The position numbers were made by a program, and so were the translations under genes. Below are positions 37,920 through 48,431 of a stretch of 64,000 bases of DNA, in pieces. Position 1 is the first letter of the stretch; every line of letters begins with the position of its first letter. This DNA comes from Candidatus Latescibacterota bacterium. Lineage in GTDB: Bacteria > Latescibacterota > UBA2968. The stretch is from positions 3,168,001 through 3,232,000 of the forward strand of contig OZ242311.1 in NCBI GenBank assembly GCA_965207885.1, given 5' to 3'. The notes under the pieces were generated by a model. That model searched no databases and was not told the DNA's origin. It worked only from the letters and a program-made list of their open reading frames with translations.

Positions 37920-40900
37920 CTACTTATACCCCAAATTCGGTGCCAGCCAGCGCTCCATCTCTGCCATCGGCATCCCTTTCCGCCGTGCGTAATCGGTCAC
38001 CTGATCGGCGTCGATCTTGCCCACGGCAAAATAGCGCGCATCGGGATGTGCGAGATACCATCCGCTGACCGAAGCCGCTGGGAACATCGCAAAATTCTCA
38101 GTCAACCGAATATCCGTCTCTCGCTCAACCCCGAGCAAATCAAACAACGTCTGCTTCTCCGTGTGATCCGGGCAAGCGGGATAACCGGGCGCGGGGCGAA
38201 TCCCGCGATATCTCTCCCGGATCAAATCTTCATTGCTCAACGCCTCGTCCAGACCATATCCCCAATCTCTCCGCGCCTTTGTGTGCAAAAACTCGGCAAA
38301 TGCTTCAGCCAGGCGATCCGCTATAGCCTGAAGCAAAATGGCATTATAATCGTCCAATGCGTGCTTAAATGCCGCTGCTTTTGCGTCAACACCCAATCCC
38401 GCAGTCACGGCAAATGCCCCGATATAATCTGCATATCCGACAGGTGCGACAAAATCGGCCAGTGAAAAATACGGTCCTCCCGTGCGTTTTTCCTGCTGCT
38501 GGCGCAACATGTGCAAACGCGCCCGCTCGGTATCTCTGCGTTCATCTTCAAACACGACAATATCATCCCCATCGGCATTTGCAGGGAAAAATCCGTACAC
38601 AGCCTGTGCCTGGATCCATCCCTCATCGACAATCGCCTTGAGCATCACCTGTGCGTCATCGAATAATTTGCGCGCCTCTGCGCCCTTGTTCGGATCATTC
38701 AATATCTTCGGATAACTGCCTCGCAACTCCCATGCGTGGAAGAACGGTCCCCAATCGATAAAATTGACCAATTGAGAAATCGGAAAATCGCACAAATCCT
38801 GCACACCTGTAAACTTGGGTTTGGGGAGATCAACCTGTGCCCAGTCAAACATCTGGCGACGCGATAGTGCATCCGAATACGAAATAAGCGGCCTTCGGGA
38901 AATGTCAAACTCGGCCAATGCCCGCTGCTGTGACTCGCGATTTGCCCGCACATACTCGTCCCGTTGCTCTGCGTTCAACAACGTACCCACCACACCTGTT
39001 GCGCGCGATGCATCCACAACATGCACGGTTGCATAATCGTAAGCTGGCGCAATTTTCACCGCCGTATGCTTGCGACTCGTGGTCGCTCCCCCAATTAAAA
39101 GAGGCACGTCAAACTCCTCGCGCTGCATCTCCCGCGCGACATGGACCATCTCATTGAGCGACGGTGTGATCAAACCACTCAGCCCGATGATATCGACCTC
39201 TTCTTCCTGTGCAACTCTCAAAATGCGATCCGCGGGCACCATCACACCAAGGTCAATCACCTCGTAATTATTGCACCCCAAAACCACGCCCACAATATTC
39301 TTGCCAATATCGTGAACATCCCCTTTCACCGTCGCCATCAGAACCTTACCCCGCGCCCCGCCGCCCGCTTTCTCATCTTCCATCAAAGGCTCGAGATACG
39401 CCACCGCCTGCTTCATCACGCGCGCTGTTTTGACCACCTGGGGCAAAAACATTTTGCCTGCGCCAAACAAATCGCCCACCACATTCATCCCGTCCATCAA
39501 TGGACCTTCGATCATCTCCAACGGTTTGTACCTGCCAAGTGCCTCCTCTAAATCCTCTTCCAAATGCTCTGACTGCCCGTGCAAAAGCGCGTGCTTCAAC
39601 CGATCTTCAACCGAGCCCTGTCGCCATGCATCGTCTTTTTGGCGGCTCTTGCCCTCTGAGCGCACAGACTCGGCGAAATCCACCAGCCTTTCCGTCGCAT
39701 CTTGCCGCCTGTTGAACAACACATCTTCAATCAGCACGCGCAACTTCTCGGGGATTTCTTCATACACCATCAACTGCCCGGCATTGACAATGCCCATATC
39801 CAGACCAGCTTGAATGGCGTGATACAAAAAAGCCGCGTGAATCGCCTCTCGCACGTAATCATTGCCCCGGAATGAGAACGAAATATTGCTCACACCACCG
39901 CTCGTTTTCGCACCCGGGCACAGGTCTTTGATCTGTCTTACAGCCTCGATAAAATTGACCGCATAATCGTTGTGTTCTTCAATACCCGTTGCAACAGTCA
40001 AAATATTCGGATCAAAAATAATATCCGACGCATCCATCCCCACATCTTCGGTCAAAATGTGATATGCGCGCTGGCAAATCCGCACCTTATCTTCAATCGA
40101 AGTCGCCTGCCCCTTCTCATCAAATGCCATTACCACAACCGCAGCACCGTAGCGCAACACGGTTTCCGCCTGTGACTTAAAAACCGCCTCGCCCTCTTTC
40201 AAACTGATGGAATTGACAATCGCCTTGCCCTGTGCGCATTTCAACCCAGATTCGATCACCTCAAAATCGGAACTGTCAATCACAATTGGCACGCGCGCAA
40301 TATCGGGTTCGCCCGCGATCAGCTTTAAAAACGTCGCCATAGCATCTTTTGAATCGAGCAACCCCTCATCCATATTGACATCGATCATATTCGCGCCACC
40401 AGCCACCTGCTCCCGCGCAACTTCCAGTGCCGCCGCATAATCACCCGTTTTGATCAACCGCGCAAACCGCCGCGATCCCGTCACATTGGTGCGCTCGCCA
40501 ATCATAATAAAATTGGAATCGGGATAAATAATCATCGGCTCCAAACCGCTGAACCGCGATATAGAAGACCGTTTGGGAATTTTTCTCGGTGCCTTATCGG
40601 ATACAGCCTCGGCAATCGCAGCAATATATTCGGGCGTGGTACCACAACATCCGCCCACAATATTGAGCCAACCCTGCGCGGCAAAATCGCCCAAAATACC
40701 CGCCATATGCCCCGGAGAATCGTCGTATTCCCCAAACTCATTGGGCAAACCCGCATTGGGATAACAACTCATAAATGCCGGTGCGAAATGAGATAAAGCC
40801 TCTACATAAGGCCGCATTTCCCGCGCACCGAGGGCGCAGTTAATCCCCACACTCAAAGGCTGCGCGTGCGCCACCGACAACCAGAATGCCTCTATCGTTT

Positions 40901-41576
40901 GTCCGGACAATGTGCGTCCGCTTTGATCGGCCACCGTGCCGGAAATCATCACGGGTACTTTCACGCCGTGATCCAGAAAATAACGCGACACGGCAAATAG
41001 CGCGGCTTTGGCTGTGAGCGTATCAAACACCGTCTCCACCAGGATTATATCCACACCGCCAGCCATCAAGCCCTCAATCTGCGCGTAATACCCATTGACC
41101 ACATCTTCAAATGTATGCGTGCGAAAAGCCGGATCATTCACATTGGGCGACAGCGAAAGCGTACAACTCGTTGGTCCCAGAGCACCCGCAACAAATCGCG
41201 GCTTGTTCGGATTTTGTCTTGTTACCTCAACCGCTGCTTGTCGCGCAACGCGAGCAGCTGCCACATTCAGATCGTAAACCCGGTCCTGAAGCTGATACTC
41301 CGCCATTGAAATCGGCGTGGCATTAAACGTATTTGTCTCGATAATATCCGCTCCAGCATCCAAAAATCGCCGATGGATATCCGCGATCAAATGCGGCTGC
41401 GTCAGACACAAGAGATCGCTACACCCCTTCACATCAACGGGATGATCGCCAAAGCCATCCCCCCGAAACGCCCGCTCGTCCAGATCATACGCCTGAATCA
41501 TCGTAGCCATCGCCCCATCGAGCAGCAAAATGCGCTCTGACATCAATTTGCGAATGGTTGTCTCTATATCGCGCAT
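37920..41576 (-). CDS. metH: Cobalamin-dependent methionine synthase
   Basis: [34 protein letters not shown]12-binding [23 protein letters not shown]; 1218 aa. Confidence 0.99.
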   Translation of the reverse strand: MRDIETTIRKLMSERILLLDGAMATMIQAYDLDERAFRGDGFGDHPVDVKGCSDLLCLTQPHLIADIHRRFLDAGADIIETNTFNATPISMAEYQLQDRVYDLNVAAARVARQAAVEVTRQNPNKPRFVAGALGPTSCTLSLSPNVNDPAFRTHTFEDVVNGYYAQIEGLMAGGVDIILVETVFDTLTAKAALFAVSRYFLDHGVKVPVMISGTVADQSGRTLSGQTIEAFWLSVAHAQPLSVGINCALGAREMRPYVEALSHFAPAFMSCYPNAGLPNEFGEYDDSPGHMAGILGDFAAQGWLNIVGGCCGTTPEYIAAIAEAVSDKAPRKIPKRSSISRFSGLEPMIIYPDSNFIMIGERTNVTGSRRFARLIKTGDYAAALEVAREQVAGGANMIDVNMDEGLLDSKDAMATFLKLIAGEPDIARVPIVIDSSDFEVIESGLKCAQGKAIVNSISLKEGEAVFKSQAETVLRYGAAVVVMAFDEKGQATSIEDKVRICQRAYHILTEDVGMDASDIIFDPNILTVATGIEEHNDYAVNFIEAVRQIKDLCPGAKTSGGVSNISFSFRGNDYVREAIHAAFLYHAIQAGLDMGIVNAGQLMVYEEIPEKLRVLIEDVLFNRRQDATERLVDFAESVRSEGKSRQKDDAWRQGSVEDRLKHALLHGQSEHLEEDLEEALGRYKPLEMIEGPLMDGMNVVGDLFGAGKMFLPQVVKTARVMKQAVAYLEPLMEDEKAGGGARGKVLMATVKGDVHDIGKNIVGVVLGCNNYEVIDLGVMVPADRILRVAQEEEVDIIGLSGLITPSLNEMVHVAREMQREEFDVPLLIGGATTSRKHTAVKIAPAYDYATVHVVDASRATGVVGTLLNAEQRDEYVRANRESQQRALAEFDISRRPLISYSDALSRRQMFDWAQVDLPKPKFTGVQDLCDFPISQLVNFIDWGPFFHAWELRGSYPKILNDPNKGAEARKLFDDAQVMLKAIVDEGWIQAQAVYGFFPANADGDDIVVFEDERRDTERARLHMLRQQQEKRTGGPYFSLADFVAPVGYADYIGAFAVTAGLGVDAKAAAFKHALDDYNAILLQAIADRLAEAFAEFLHTKARRDWGYGLDEALSNEDLIRERYRGIRPAPGYPACPDHTEKQTLFDLLGVERETDIRLTENFAMFPAASVSGWYLAHPDARYFAVGKIDADQVTDYARRKGMPMAEMERWLAPNLGYK

Positions 41577-41699
41577 ACATCTTTTCTCTTATTCGGTTGA
41601 ACAGGAAAAAGTCGAGGACAAAGATAAAATAAATAGCGTGCCTGACCAATCAACAGGCCGTTGAGTTTAATCAACTGACAGGCACGCACTTGCCCATCA

Positions 41700-42431
41700 T
41701 CAAAAAATCGCCGCGGCCAATCCGCCAGCCATCACCATCCCAATCGAAATCCAGCGAAACACCGCCACCTGGTGAACCCGTGCGCGGAGATAGGTCGCGG
41801 TCAAAAATCCCAAAATCAAACCCGGCGCACCCCAGAGGACGAATTGCAAACTCTCAAGCGTCAACACCCCTACGGCCCACAATACACAGAGACTCAACGT
41901 AGAAGTACACAAAAAACAGGTCAAAAGCGTTGCGCGCATCATCGCCTGCTGCCAGCGCTGTTTCAGCCCAAACAGAACGATAGGCGGTCCAGAAACACCG
42001 ATACTGGACGACAAAAAACCGCTGAACATACCCACCCCCACACAGGTCAGTGCGTCATGCCGAAAAGGATTACCCGGTCGCAATTGCAAAACAACTGCCA
42101 ATACCACCATTGCCAAACCAATAGCGCGCTTCATCACATCTGCATCTGTATCGCGTAACACAAACGCGCCCAAAGGCATGCCCACAATCGCACTCCCCAC
42201 AATCATTCCCAGCACCTTCCAATCCACATCTCGCCGCAGTTGAATAAATTGCCCGGTGCCCAAAGGCAAATAGGACATCAAAACCCCGGGCACAACCACC
42301 TGGGCGGGAAACCACAAAACCATCGCCGGTATAGAAAGCAGGTTAAACCCAAACCCGGTCAACCCCTGCAAGCTACCCGCAATCCAGAAAATACTGCTCG
42401 CATAGCATATTTCGCGTATAGGAAAATCCAT
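41700..42431 (-). CDS. TauE/SafE (sulfite exporter) family membrane protein
   Basis: AGSLQGLTGFGF and SGFLSSSIGVSGPP repeat motifs; about 8 TM helices. Confidence 0.88.
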   Translation of the reverse strand: MDFPIREICYASSIFWIAGSLQGLTGFGFNLLSIPAMVLWFPAQVVVPGVLMSYLPLGTGQFIQLRRDVDWKVLGMIVGSAIVGMPLGAFVLRDTDADVMKRAIGLAMVVLAVVLQLRPGNPFRHDALTCVGVGMFSGFLSSSIGVSGPPIVLFGLKQRWQQAMMRATLLTCFLCTSTLSLCVLWAVGVLTLESLQFVLWGAPGLILGFLTATYLRARVHQVAVFRWISIGMVMAGGLAAAIF

Positions 42432-42476
42432 TGTGTAATGGTTGCTTTTTGCTCCTTATTTTAGTTTTTTATTTCA

Positions 42477-43721
42477 ATGAACGCTATTATCCGCAACCCC
42501 CTTATCCTCCCCGTCTTTATCCCCACATTTCTACTCAGACTGGGCAGTGGCCTGCTCGTCCCCATATTGCCACTCTACGCCAAATCGTTTGACATTTCCT
42601 ACGGCCTCGTTGGTCTCGTGCTCGCTGCCGAAGGTATCGGCCACCTCGTTGGCGACCTGCCCGCTGCCATGGTACTCAACCGCATTGGTCGCAAATCCGC
42701 GATGCTATTAGGGGTTCTCACAGTTGCACTTTGCGGCGCGGGCCTCTTTTTTGCGCCCTCTATCTTTGTGGTCTTCCTGCTGCGCTTTGTGGGCGGGATA
42801 GGCGGCGCACTTTGGGACATCTCGCGGTATGCTTATTTGGCCGATGCCACAGCCGTCCATCAGAGGGGACGCGCCCTCTCTGTATTTGGTGGCATCAGTC
42901 GCATCGGCACCTTTTTAGGACCTGTCATTGGCGGCTATATTGCCTCTGTCGCCTCTGTAAGATATCCATTCCTCGTTTATGGCGGTATCTCACTCTTAGC
43001 CGCAGTAGTCGCGGCAATCGCCGTTGAAGCCTCTCGCAAGCGCGTATCGCCACCGCAACACGGTCTTGCGCGACATTTCGCCAATATCTTTCGCGCCCAC
43101 AGCAAAAATCTACTTACCGCAGGCACAGGTCAGCTCTTTGCCCAAACCATTCGCAGTGGTCGCTACATCATCATACCGCTTTACGGCGCCGAAGTCCTCA
43201 ATCTGGGATATGAACAAATCGGCCTCATCATGTCTATCTCGGGCTTTATAGACATGATGATGTTCTATCCCGCCGGGGTCATCATGGACCGCTTTGGACG
43301 CAAATTCGCCAATGTTCCCAGCTTTGCACTACAAGCCATTGGCATGGCACTTATCCCACTCACAGAATCCTTTGCTCCTCACCTCAATCTGTCCTTTTTC
43401 TTTCTCGACCTCATCACAGGAGAATTTATCGCCCTCTTGTTCCCCGCCAGTCTGCTCGGATTTGGCAATGGCCTCAGTTCAGGAGCCATGATGACCCTGG
43501 GTGCCGACCTTGCACCCCGCGACGCTTTGAGTGAATTTTTGGGCCTCTGGCGCCTCATCGGCGACGGCGGGCGCATGTCTGGCCCCGTATGTGTCGGTTA
43601 TGTCGCCGACTTCCTCGGCCTATCGCCCGCTGCTCTGGCTATTGCAGGCATTGGGCTTTCCGCAGCGGGTATCTTTCTCTTTCTCGTTCCCGAGACTCTG
43701 GAAAGACGAATAGACGAATAG
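42477..43721 (+). CDS. MFS transporter
   Basis: About 12 TM helices; motif A-like LNRIGRK and GVIMDRFGRK; RGRA motif. Confidence 0.92.
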   Translation: MNAIIRNPLILPVFIPTFLLRLGSGLLVPILPLYAKSFDISYGLVGLVLAAEGIGHLVGDLPAAMVLNRIGRKSAMLLGVLTVALCGAGLFFAPSIFVVFLLRFVGGIGGALWDISRYAYLADATAVHQRGRALSVFGGISRIGTFLGPVIGGYIASVASVRYPFLVYGGISLLAAVVAAIAVEASRKRVSPPQHGLARHFANIFRAHSKNLLTAGTGQLFAQTIRSGRYIIIPLYGAEVLNLGYEQIGLIMSISGFIDMMMFYPAGVIMDRFGRKFANVPSFALQAIGMALIPLTESFAPHLNLSFFFLDLITGEFIALLFPASLLGFGNGLSSGAMMTLGADLAPRDALSEFLGLWRLIGDGGRMSGPVCVGYVADFLGLSPAALAIAGIGLSAAGIFLFLVPETLERRIDE

Positions 43722-43790
43722 AGGACCCCCGCTCAACCACCCCAAGTTAGTCAAAACTGCGTCGCTGATTCGTAGATTCGCTGATTCGTT
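43704..43790. repeat. Opposed octamer tandem repeats (CGAAT core) at two convergent 3' ends
   Basis: Plus strand AGACGAAT AGACGAAT AG spans the MFS stop; minus strand ACGAATCA GCGAATCT ACGAATCA GCGA follows the stop at 43790. Confidence 0.65.
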
Positions 43791-44536
43791 CAGCCCTCTA
43801 CCATAGCCTCCAAATGCGCCACAATCTCATCAATCGGTGCATAACAGGTCGAACAGGGATAGAGAAACTCCCCTGTTGCCCGCAAATGCGCTCCATTTTT
43901 TATATGAAACCGCCCCGTACGATCCATAAACTGTCCCCAATGCCCCATCGTATATCCCGCTTTTGGACTCACTATCGCGCTCTTGCGCCAGCTTTTTGGA
44001 AATAGATCTTGAAATGGTGGCGCAGAATTGAGCCAACTGCCACACCTCACAGTCTTCACATCGGAGCGTCGTTGTTGCGTATCCTTTAACAATTGCAGCA
44101 ATGTGCCCATAAATGCATCTCGCATTTCACTCAAAGGCGATTTGGGTTGGTACACATTGCCAATGTGGATCGCGATATAATCATCGCCATCGTCATACGT
44201 CCAGCATTCGTAAGGACGGCCCTTTGTAGAAGGCCTGCTATAACCCTTTTTCACGCGGGGCCACAAATAGGCAAGCCCTTCTTCCTCCCATGCCTCGCCC
44301 TCGCAACGATCAAAAATGGTCTTCAAACCCATCAGATAGGCATCCCAATCAGAGTCTTCATACCCCCGTGCAGGATGGTGCTCGCCATCAAAAAAATCCG
44401 TATTGCGATACACATTGACTCGAGAAGTAACCGCATTTTCAAATGCAATCCCCTCTCGCACCATCAGAAACCGCGCATACCACAAACTCAGCTTGAGAAA
44501 ATGGCTGACATAGTGGATGCGAATTTCATTATCCAT
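43790..44536 (-). CDS. Hypothetical protein, possibly with a GNAT_C-like C-terminal domain
   Basis: GAAGGAG SD before the ATG at 44536; IAIHI...SPL and VRCGSWLN resemble the HIP...CxSWL pattern of GNAT-like C-terminal domains. Confidence 0.65.
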   Translation of the reverse strand: MDNEIRIHYVSHFLKLSLWYARFLMVREGIAFENAVTSRVNVYRNTDFFDGEHHPARGYEDSDWDAYLMGLKTIFDRCEGEAWEEEGLAYLWPRVKKGYSRPSTKGRPYECWTYDDGDDYIAIHIGNVYQPKSPLSEMRDAFMGTLLQLLKDTQQRRSDVKTVRCGSWLNSAPPFQDLFPKSWRKSAIVSPKAGYTMGHWGQFMDRTGRFHIKNGAHLRATGEFLYPCSTCYAPIDEIVAHLEAMVEG

Positions 44537-44645
44537 CAAAACTCCTTCGGACGCAATAAATTGCACCGATTGGGTTTATTCAATACATAAAACAAAAAGA
44601 ACGGACAACCCGCTTTGAGATTGCCCGTGATTTTCATTATTTTTT

Positions 44646-44721
44646 TGGAGCGGGAAACGGGACTCGAACCCGCGACATCAAGCTTGGGAAGCTTGCACTC
44701 TACCAACTGAGTTATTCCCGC
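44646..44721 (-). tRNA. tRNA-Gly (anticodon CCC)
   Basis: GCGGGAATAACTCAGTTGGTAGAGTGCAAGCTTCCCAAGCTTGATGTCGCGGGTTCGAGTCCCGTTTCCCGCTCCA; 76-nt cloverleaf with encoded CCA. Confidence 0.98.
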
Positions 44722-44762
44722 TCCGCAAGGAATAGCAAATTTATAGGGGTTCATCTTTGGTG

Positions 44763-45683
44763 TCAACATGTTTCAAGGTTTTGCAAGATGACATCTGCCA
44801 CATCACCATCACTACCATCTACCCATCTGAAGCGCTTATCCCTACGAAAAAAAGTCATCTGTCGTTTGGCATAGCGTCGCGTACCCTGTTGCAAATCGGC
44901 AAGTGCGCGATCAAGCGTCGTCTCACCATCGAGATATTGAAATATTTCCCGGTACCCAAACGCATTGAGCGCGTTTAGATCGGAAGAGTAACCTCTATCA
45001 CGGAGACTTTTTGCTTCTTTAATCAGGCCATTCTCGAACATAAGACACGCACGCGCATTGATCCGGTCATAGAGTACTTCGCGCTCCCAGTACAAACCCA
45101 AATAAGATGCCTTATGGCGAATTGGCGGTATTGGCGATACCTTCTGATATTCAGAAAGCGGTTTGCCCGATGCTTCATAGACTTCCAGACCGCGCAGAAT
45201 GCGTTGTGTATCGGTTGCCTGAATTTTCGCAGCCCATTCCGGATCGACCTCGCACAGCCTTTTGTACAAGGCGGGAAGACAATCCCTCCCCTCTTCCTTC
45301 AATCGCGCGCGAACCTCTATCGGAATTTTTGGCATAGGTGAAAAGCCATCGAACAACGCGCGAATATACAACCCCGCTCCTCCTACCACAATGGGCATCT
45401 TGCCGCGACGCAGAATATCTCCAATTACCGCAGATGCATCTTCGGCAAATTGCCCCGCGCTATAGTCTTTGTCGGGATTGATAAAATCAATGAGGTGATG
45501 GCGCGTAGCGGCCCGTTCTTCGGTTGTCGGCTTTGCCGTCCCAATATCCATAAAACGATAAATCTGCCGCGCATCTGCCGATATAATCTCGCCATCTATC
45601 CTCTGCGCGAGTTCAATGCCCACAGACGTTTTGCCCGATGCCGTCGGTCCGGCAATCACCAGAATATCTGGGAATGAGGCCAT
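44763..45683 (-). CDS. miaA: tRNA dimethylallyltransferase
   Basis: GPTASGKT, ISADARQIYRFMDIGTAKP, HHLID, VGGAGLY, TRRYAKRQMTFF. Confidence 0.97.
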   Translation of the reverse strand: MASFPDILVIAGPTASGKTSVGIELAQRIDGEIISADARQIYRFMDIGTAKPTTEERAATRHHLIDFINPDKDYSAGQFAEDASAVIGDILRRGKMPIVVGGAGLYIRALFDGFSPMPKIPIEVRARLKEEGRDCLPALYKRLCEVDPEWAAKIQATDTQRILRGLEVYEASGKPLSEYQKVSPIPPIRHKASYLGLYWEREVLYDRINARACLMFENGLIKEAKSLRDRGYSSDLNALNAFGYREIFQYLDGETTLDRALADLQQGTRRYAKRQMTFFRRDKRFRWVDGSDGDVADVILQNLETC

Positions 45684-45685
45684 GA

Positions 45686-47479
45686 CTACCGCTTAAACCG
45701 ATTGTCGATTTCATCCAGCCCGATCTTAACAAGTGTTGGCCTACCATAAGGGCTGACGAAAGGTTCCCGCGTTGCGAACAACTGATCTATAAGTGCGCGC
45801 ATTTCTTCTGTCGATAAATCCTCACCTGTGCGAATTGACGTGTGCCATGCGTAAACCGATGCCAGCCGATGTTCCTCGGGTGCAATCTGCCGCGTTTGTA
45901 AGGAAGGCGAAACAGAAATTGCTTGCTCGGCTTCGGCCATATCGCGAATTATATCTCTCAAAAGTTGCCCGTCTTGCCACGTTCTCAGCCCCATGGGAAT
46001 GGCATCGACAACAACCGTATGCCCCCCAAAATCGCGAATGCCAAATCCCATTTTTTCCAACAGGGGCATGGCCTCGCGCACAATAAGAATTTCTTTGACA
46101 CTAAAATCGAGCGTAAGTGGAAACAGCAGCCGCTGACTCGTCGCGGGACGGGTATGCATATTGTCAATGGCGCGTTCGTACAAAATCCTCTGGTGGGCAA
46201 CCTGCTGGTCAATCGCAATCAAACCATTTTTAATATGCGCCAAAATGTACTTGCTGTGCAATTGCCATACGGAAACCCGGGCAAAATCCTCTTCATCGAG
46301 ATCATCGGTATTAATCCCGGTTCCCCGCTTTGCCTTGCCCGACGACATTCTCATCGTTAGCGGCAGTGCCATCTGAGGTTGTCCGCCAACTTTGGGCTGC
46401 CCGGGCTGATAGGTGATCTCAGGAGATTCTGCGATGCTCACAGGCGTATCTGCTACGGGCATAATAGCATCGTCCATTTCTGGGATCAGGTCTGCGCCGC
46501 GCAGCGATTGCTGAACAGCCTGAGTAATCAGGCTATAAATTGTCCGCTCATCGGCAAAGCGAACCTCGCGCTTTGAAGGGTGGACATTGACATCCACACG
46601 CGCCGGATCAATATTCAGACAGAGGCAATACGATGGCGCAAGCCCCTTGGGCAAAAGCCCGCCGTATCCTTCGTAAACTGCAAAAGCGATGGCTTTGTGC
46701 TGCACCCATCGGTTATTGACAATCAAAACCTGTTGGGCACCGGATTTTCGCGCGGACTCGGGCTTGCCCACAAAGCCACGAACCTCTATCCCGCTCGCCT
46801 TGCTCTCAACACCGATGGCATCTGCGCCATATCGCACGCCAAATATCTGCTCTGCCCGCCGATCAAAGCGCGATCTTCCCAGTTTTAGCACCTGGCGCCC
46901 ATTGTGCTTGAGGTCGAATCCGATCTCGGGATACGCCATGGCCATAGCCGTCACCGCGTTCACAATATGTCGAAATTCCGTATCGACACTTTTGAGAAAT
47001 TTTCGCCTGGCGGGCACATTGAAAAATAAGCCGTGCAATGTAACAGCCGTACCCTGCCCGCGGCCAATCGCGGAGACATCCTGCACGCGCCCGCCCACCA
47101 CGGAGATTCGCGTTCCTTCAACCGCATCTACCAGGCGAGTTTCAAGAGTCATGCGCGAAACAGCGGCAATACTGGGCAATGCCTCGCCCCTGAATCCATG
47201 TGTGAGCAACCCTTTTAGATCGTCCAGACTCTGGATCTTACTCGTCGCGTGTCGTTCAAGTGCCAAAAGTGCGTCATCGCGCGACATCCCGCATCCATTA
47301 TCACTGACCCGCAGGCTCTCTTTGCCGCCAGCAGCAATTTCAACGACAATGCGGTCCGACCCCGCATCCACTGAGTTCTCAATCAGTTCTTTTGCGACAG
47401 ATGCCGGCCGCTCGACCACTTCCCCAGCAGCGATGCGGTTGGCTATCTCATCCGGGAGTATGCGAATTTGATTGGACAT
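45686..47479 (-). CDS. mutL: DNA mismatch repair endonuclease MutL
   Basis: NRIAAGEVVERPASVAKELIENSVDAG, GFRGEALPSI, VDVNVHPSKREVRF; conserved mutL-miaA order; start MSNQIR. Confidence 0.97.
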   Translation of the reverse strand: MSNQIRILPDEIANRIAAGEVVERPASVAKELIENSVDAGSDRIVVEIAAGGKESLRVSDNGCGMSRDDALLALERHATSKIQSLDDLKGLLTHGFRGEALPSIAAVSRMTLETRLVDAVEGTRISVVGGRVQDVSAIGRGQGTAVTLHGLFFNVPARRKFLKSVDTEFRHIVNAVTAMAMAYPEIGFDLKHNGRQVLKLGRSRFDRRAEQIFGVRYGADAIGVESKASGIEVRGFVGKPESARKSGAQQVLIVNNRWVQHKAIAFAVYEGYGGLLPKGLAPSYCLCLNIDPARVDVNVHPSKREVRFADERTIYSLITQAVQQSLRGADLIPEMDDAIMPVADTPVSIAESPEITYQPGQPKVGGQPQMALPLTMRMSSGKAKRGTGINTDDLDEEDFARVSVWQLHSKYILAHIKNGLIAIDQQVAHQRILYERAIDNMHTRPATSQRLLFPLTLDFSVKEILIVREAMPLLEKMGFGIRDFGGHTVVVDAIPMGLRTWQDGQLLRDIIRDMAEAEQAISVSPSLQTRQIAPEEHRLASVYAWHTSIRTGEDLSTEEMRALIDQLFATREPFVSPYGRPTLVKIGLDEIDNRFKR

Positions 47480-47504
47480 ATTGAGGATAGATGTTAAAAA
47501 AGAA

Positions 47505-47636
47505 AACAAAAAACGCCTAACCCGCCGGGTGCCGAAATGTTTGTCGAAGTCCCGGTGTTAAAACAGCGGAAAACTTCCTGCGGGGCTACCCTCATGCAGA
47601 TTCAAGGCGTTTTTTTGTGAAGCACAAGCTTCGACG
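47505..47636 (-). ncRNA. Candidate structured ncRNA or leader RNA upstream of mutL (family not recognised)
   Basis: Closing stem AAAAAACGCCT/AGGCGTTTTTT plus AAUCUGC/GCGGGUU encloses three hairpins; TTGATT...TATATT promoter-like motif upstream; U-run at the 3' end. Confidence 0.5.
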
Positions 47637-47777
47637 CAAATATAGCATTTTTACAAATCTGAATCAAGGGATTCCTTCAAATACCGCTTGATGGATATGA
47701 GTTAGCCCCAATGGGGTTTGACTTAAAAAATAAATTCTTTAAGTTATACCATCTTCCATCACAAGGAGATTTTTCCA

Positions 47778-48311
47778 GTGCAGGATTTTGTCCTTCATCC
47801 CGATTCTATATTAATCGACCAAAAAACGATTCAGAACCGCGTTCGCGAACTCGGCGCCGAAATTTCCGCACAGTACCCAGACGGTGTCGTTCTCGTGGGC
47901 ATTCTAACGGGTGCCCTCTACTTTTTAGTCGATCTTTCGCGTGCGATAAGCTGTCCCATTGAAATTGATCTCATTGCGATTTCGAGTTATGTCGGTACAA
48001 GTAGCTCGGGCACAGTGACATTCACAAAAGACCTCAGCCGTGAAATTGACGACCGTCATGTGCTCGTTGTCGAAGATATTGTCGATACCGGGCGCACGAT
48101 CTCTGCACTTCTCACATTATTAAAAGACAGAAACCCGCGCAGCCTCGGTATCTGCACCCTCCTGGACAAACCAGACCGCAGAATCGTACCCGTCCCCATC
48201 CATCACTGCGGTTTCACCATTCCGGACCAATTTGTGGTGGGTTATGGCCTTGACTACAACCAGGCCTACCGCAACCTACCCTACATCGCTGTGCTGAATG
48301 AACCCAGGTGA
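47778..48311 (+). CDS. hpt: Hypoxanthine phosphoribosyltransferase
   Basis: ISSYVGTSSSG, VLVVEDIVDTGRT, TLLDKP, FVVGYGLDYNQAYRNLPYI; AAGGAG SD and GTG start. Confidence 0.97.
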   Translation: MQDFVLHPDSILIDQKTIQNRVRELGAEISAQYPDGVVLVGILTGALYFLVDLSRAISCPIEIDLIAISSYVGTSSSGTVTFTKDLSREIDDRHVLVVEDIVDTGRTISALLTLLKDRNPRSLGICTLLDKPDRRIVPVPIHHCGFTIPDQFVVGYGLDYNQAYRNLPYIAVLNEPR

Positions 48312-48431
48312 GAAGTAAGAAGAGAGAAGTTAGCACAGGCGAAGCCTACAACGAGCGTAGCGAGTAACTCCACCCAACCCAGCCCCAAGACAGGTGCTTT
48401 TTCACACTTCACACTTCCTCCTTCACACTTC
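48312..48431. repeat. Opposed heptamer (GAAGTNN) tandem repeats at two convergent 3' ends
   Basis: Plus strand GAAGTAA GAAGAGA GAAGTTA follows the hpt stop; minus strand GAAGTGT GAAGGAG GAAGTGT GAAGTGT GAA spans the UDG stop. Confidence 0.72.

Noticed and set aside
41600-41695. SAM, SAH, SAM-SAH or cobalamin riboswitch before metH
   Set aside because: Only a short CAACGGC coincidence; the conserved cores are absent.
44600-44721. tRNA-Gly as the attachment site of a genomic island
   Set aside because: No duplicate of the tRNA 3' end and no integrase were seen in the window.
47505-47636. 6S RNA or ykkC-type riboswitch assignment
   Set aside because: Too short and branched for a 6S rod; ACACCG...CCCGGCGG recalls the ykkC 3' part, but the CUAGGGUUCCG and CCGAG cores are missing.
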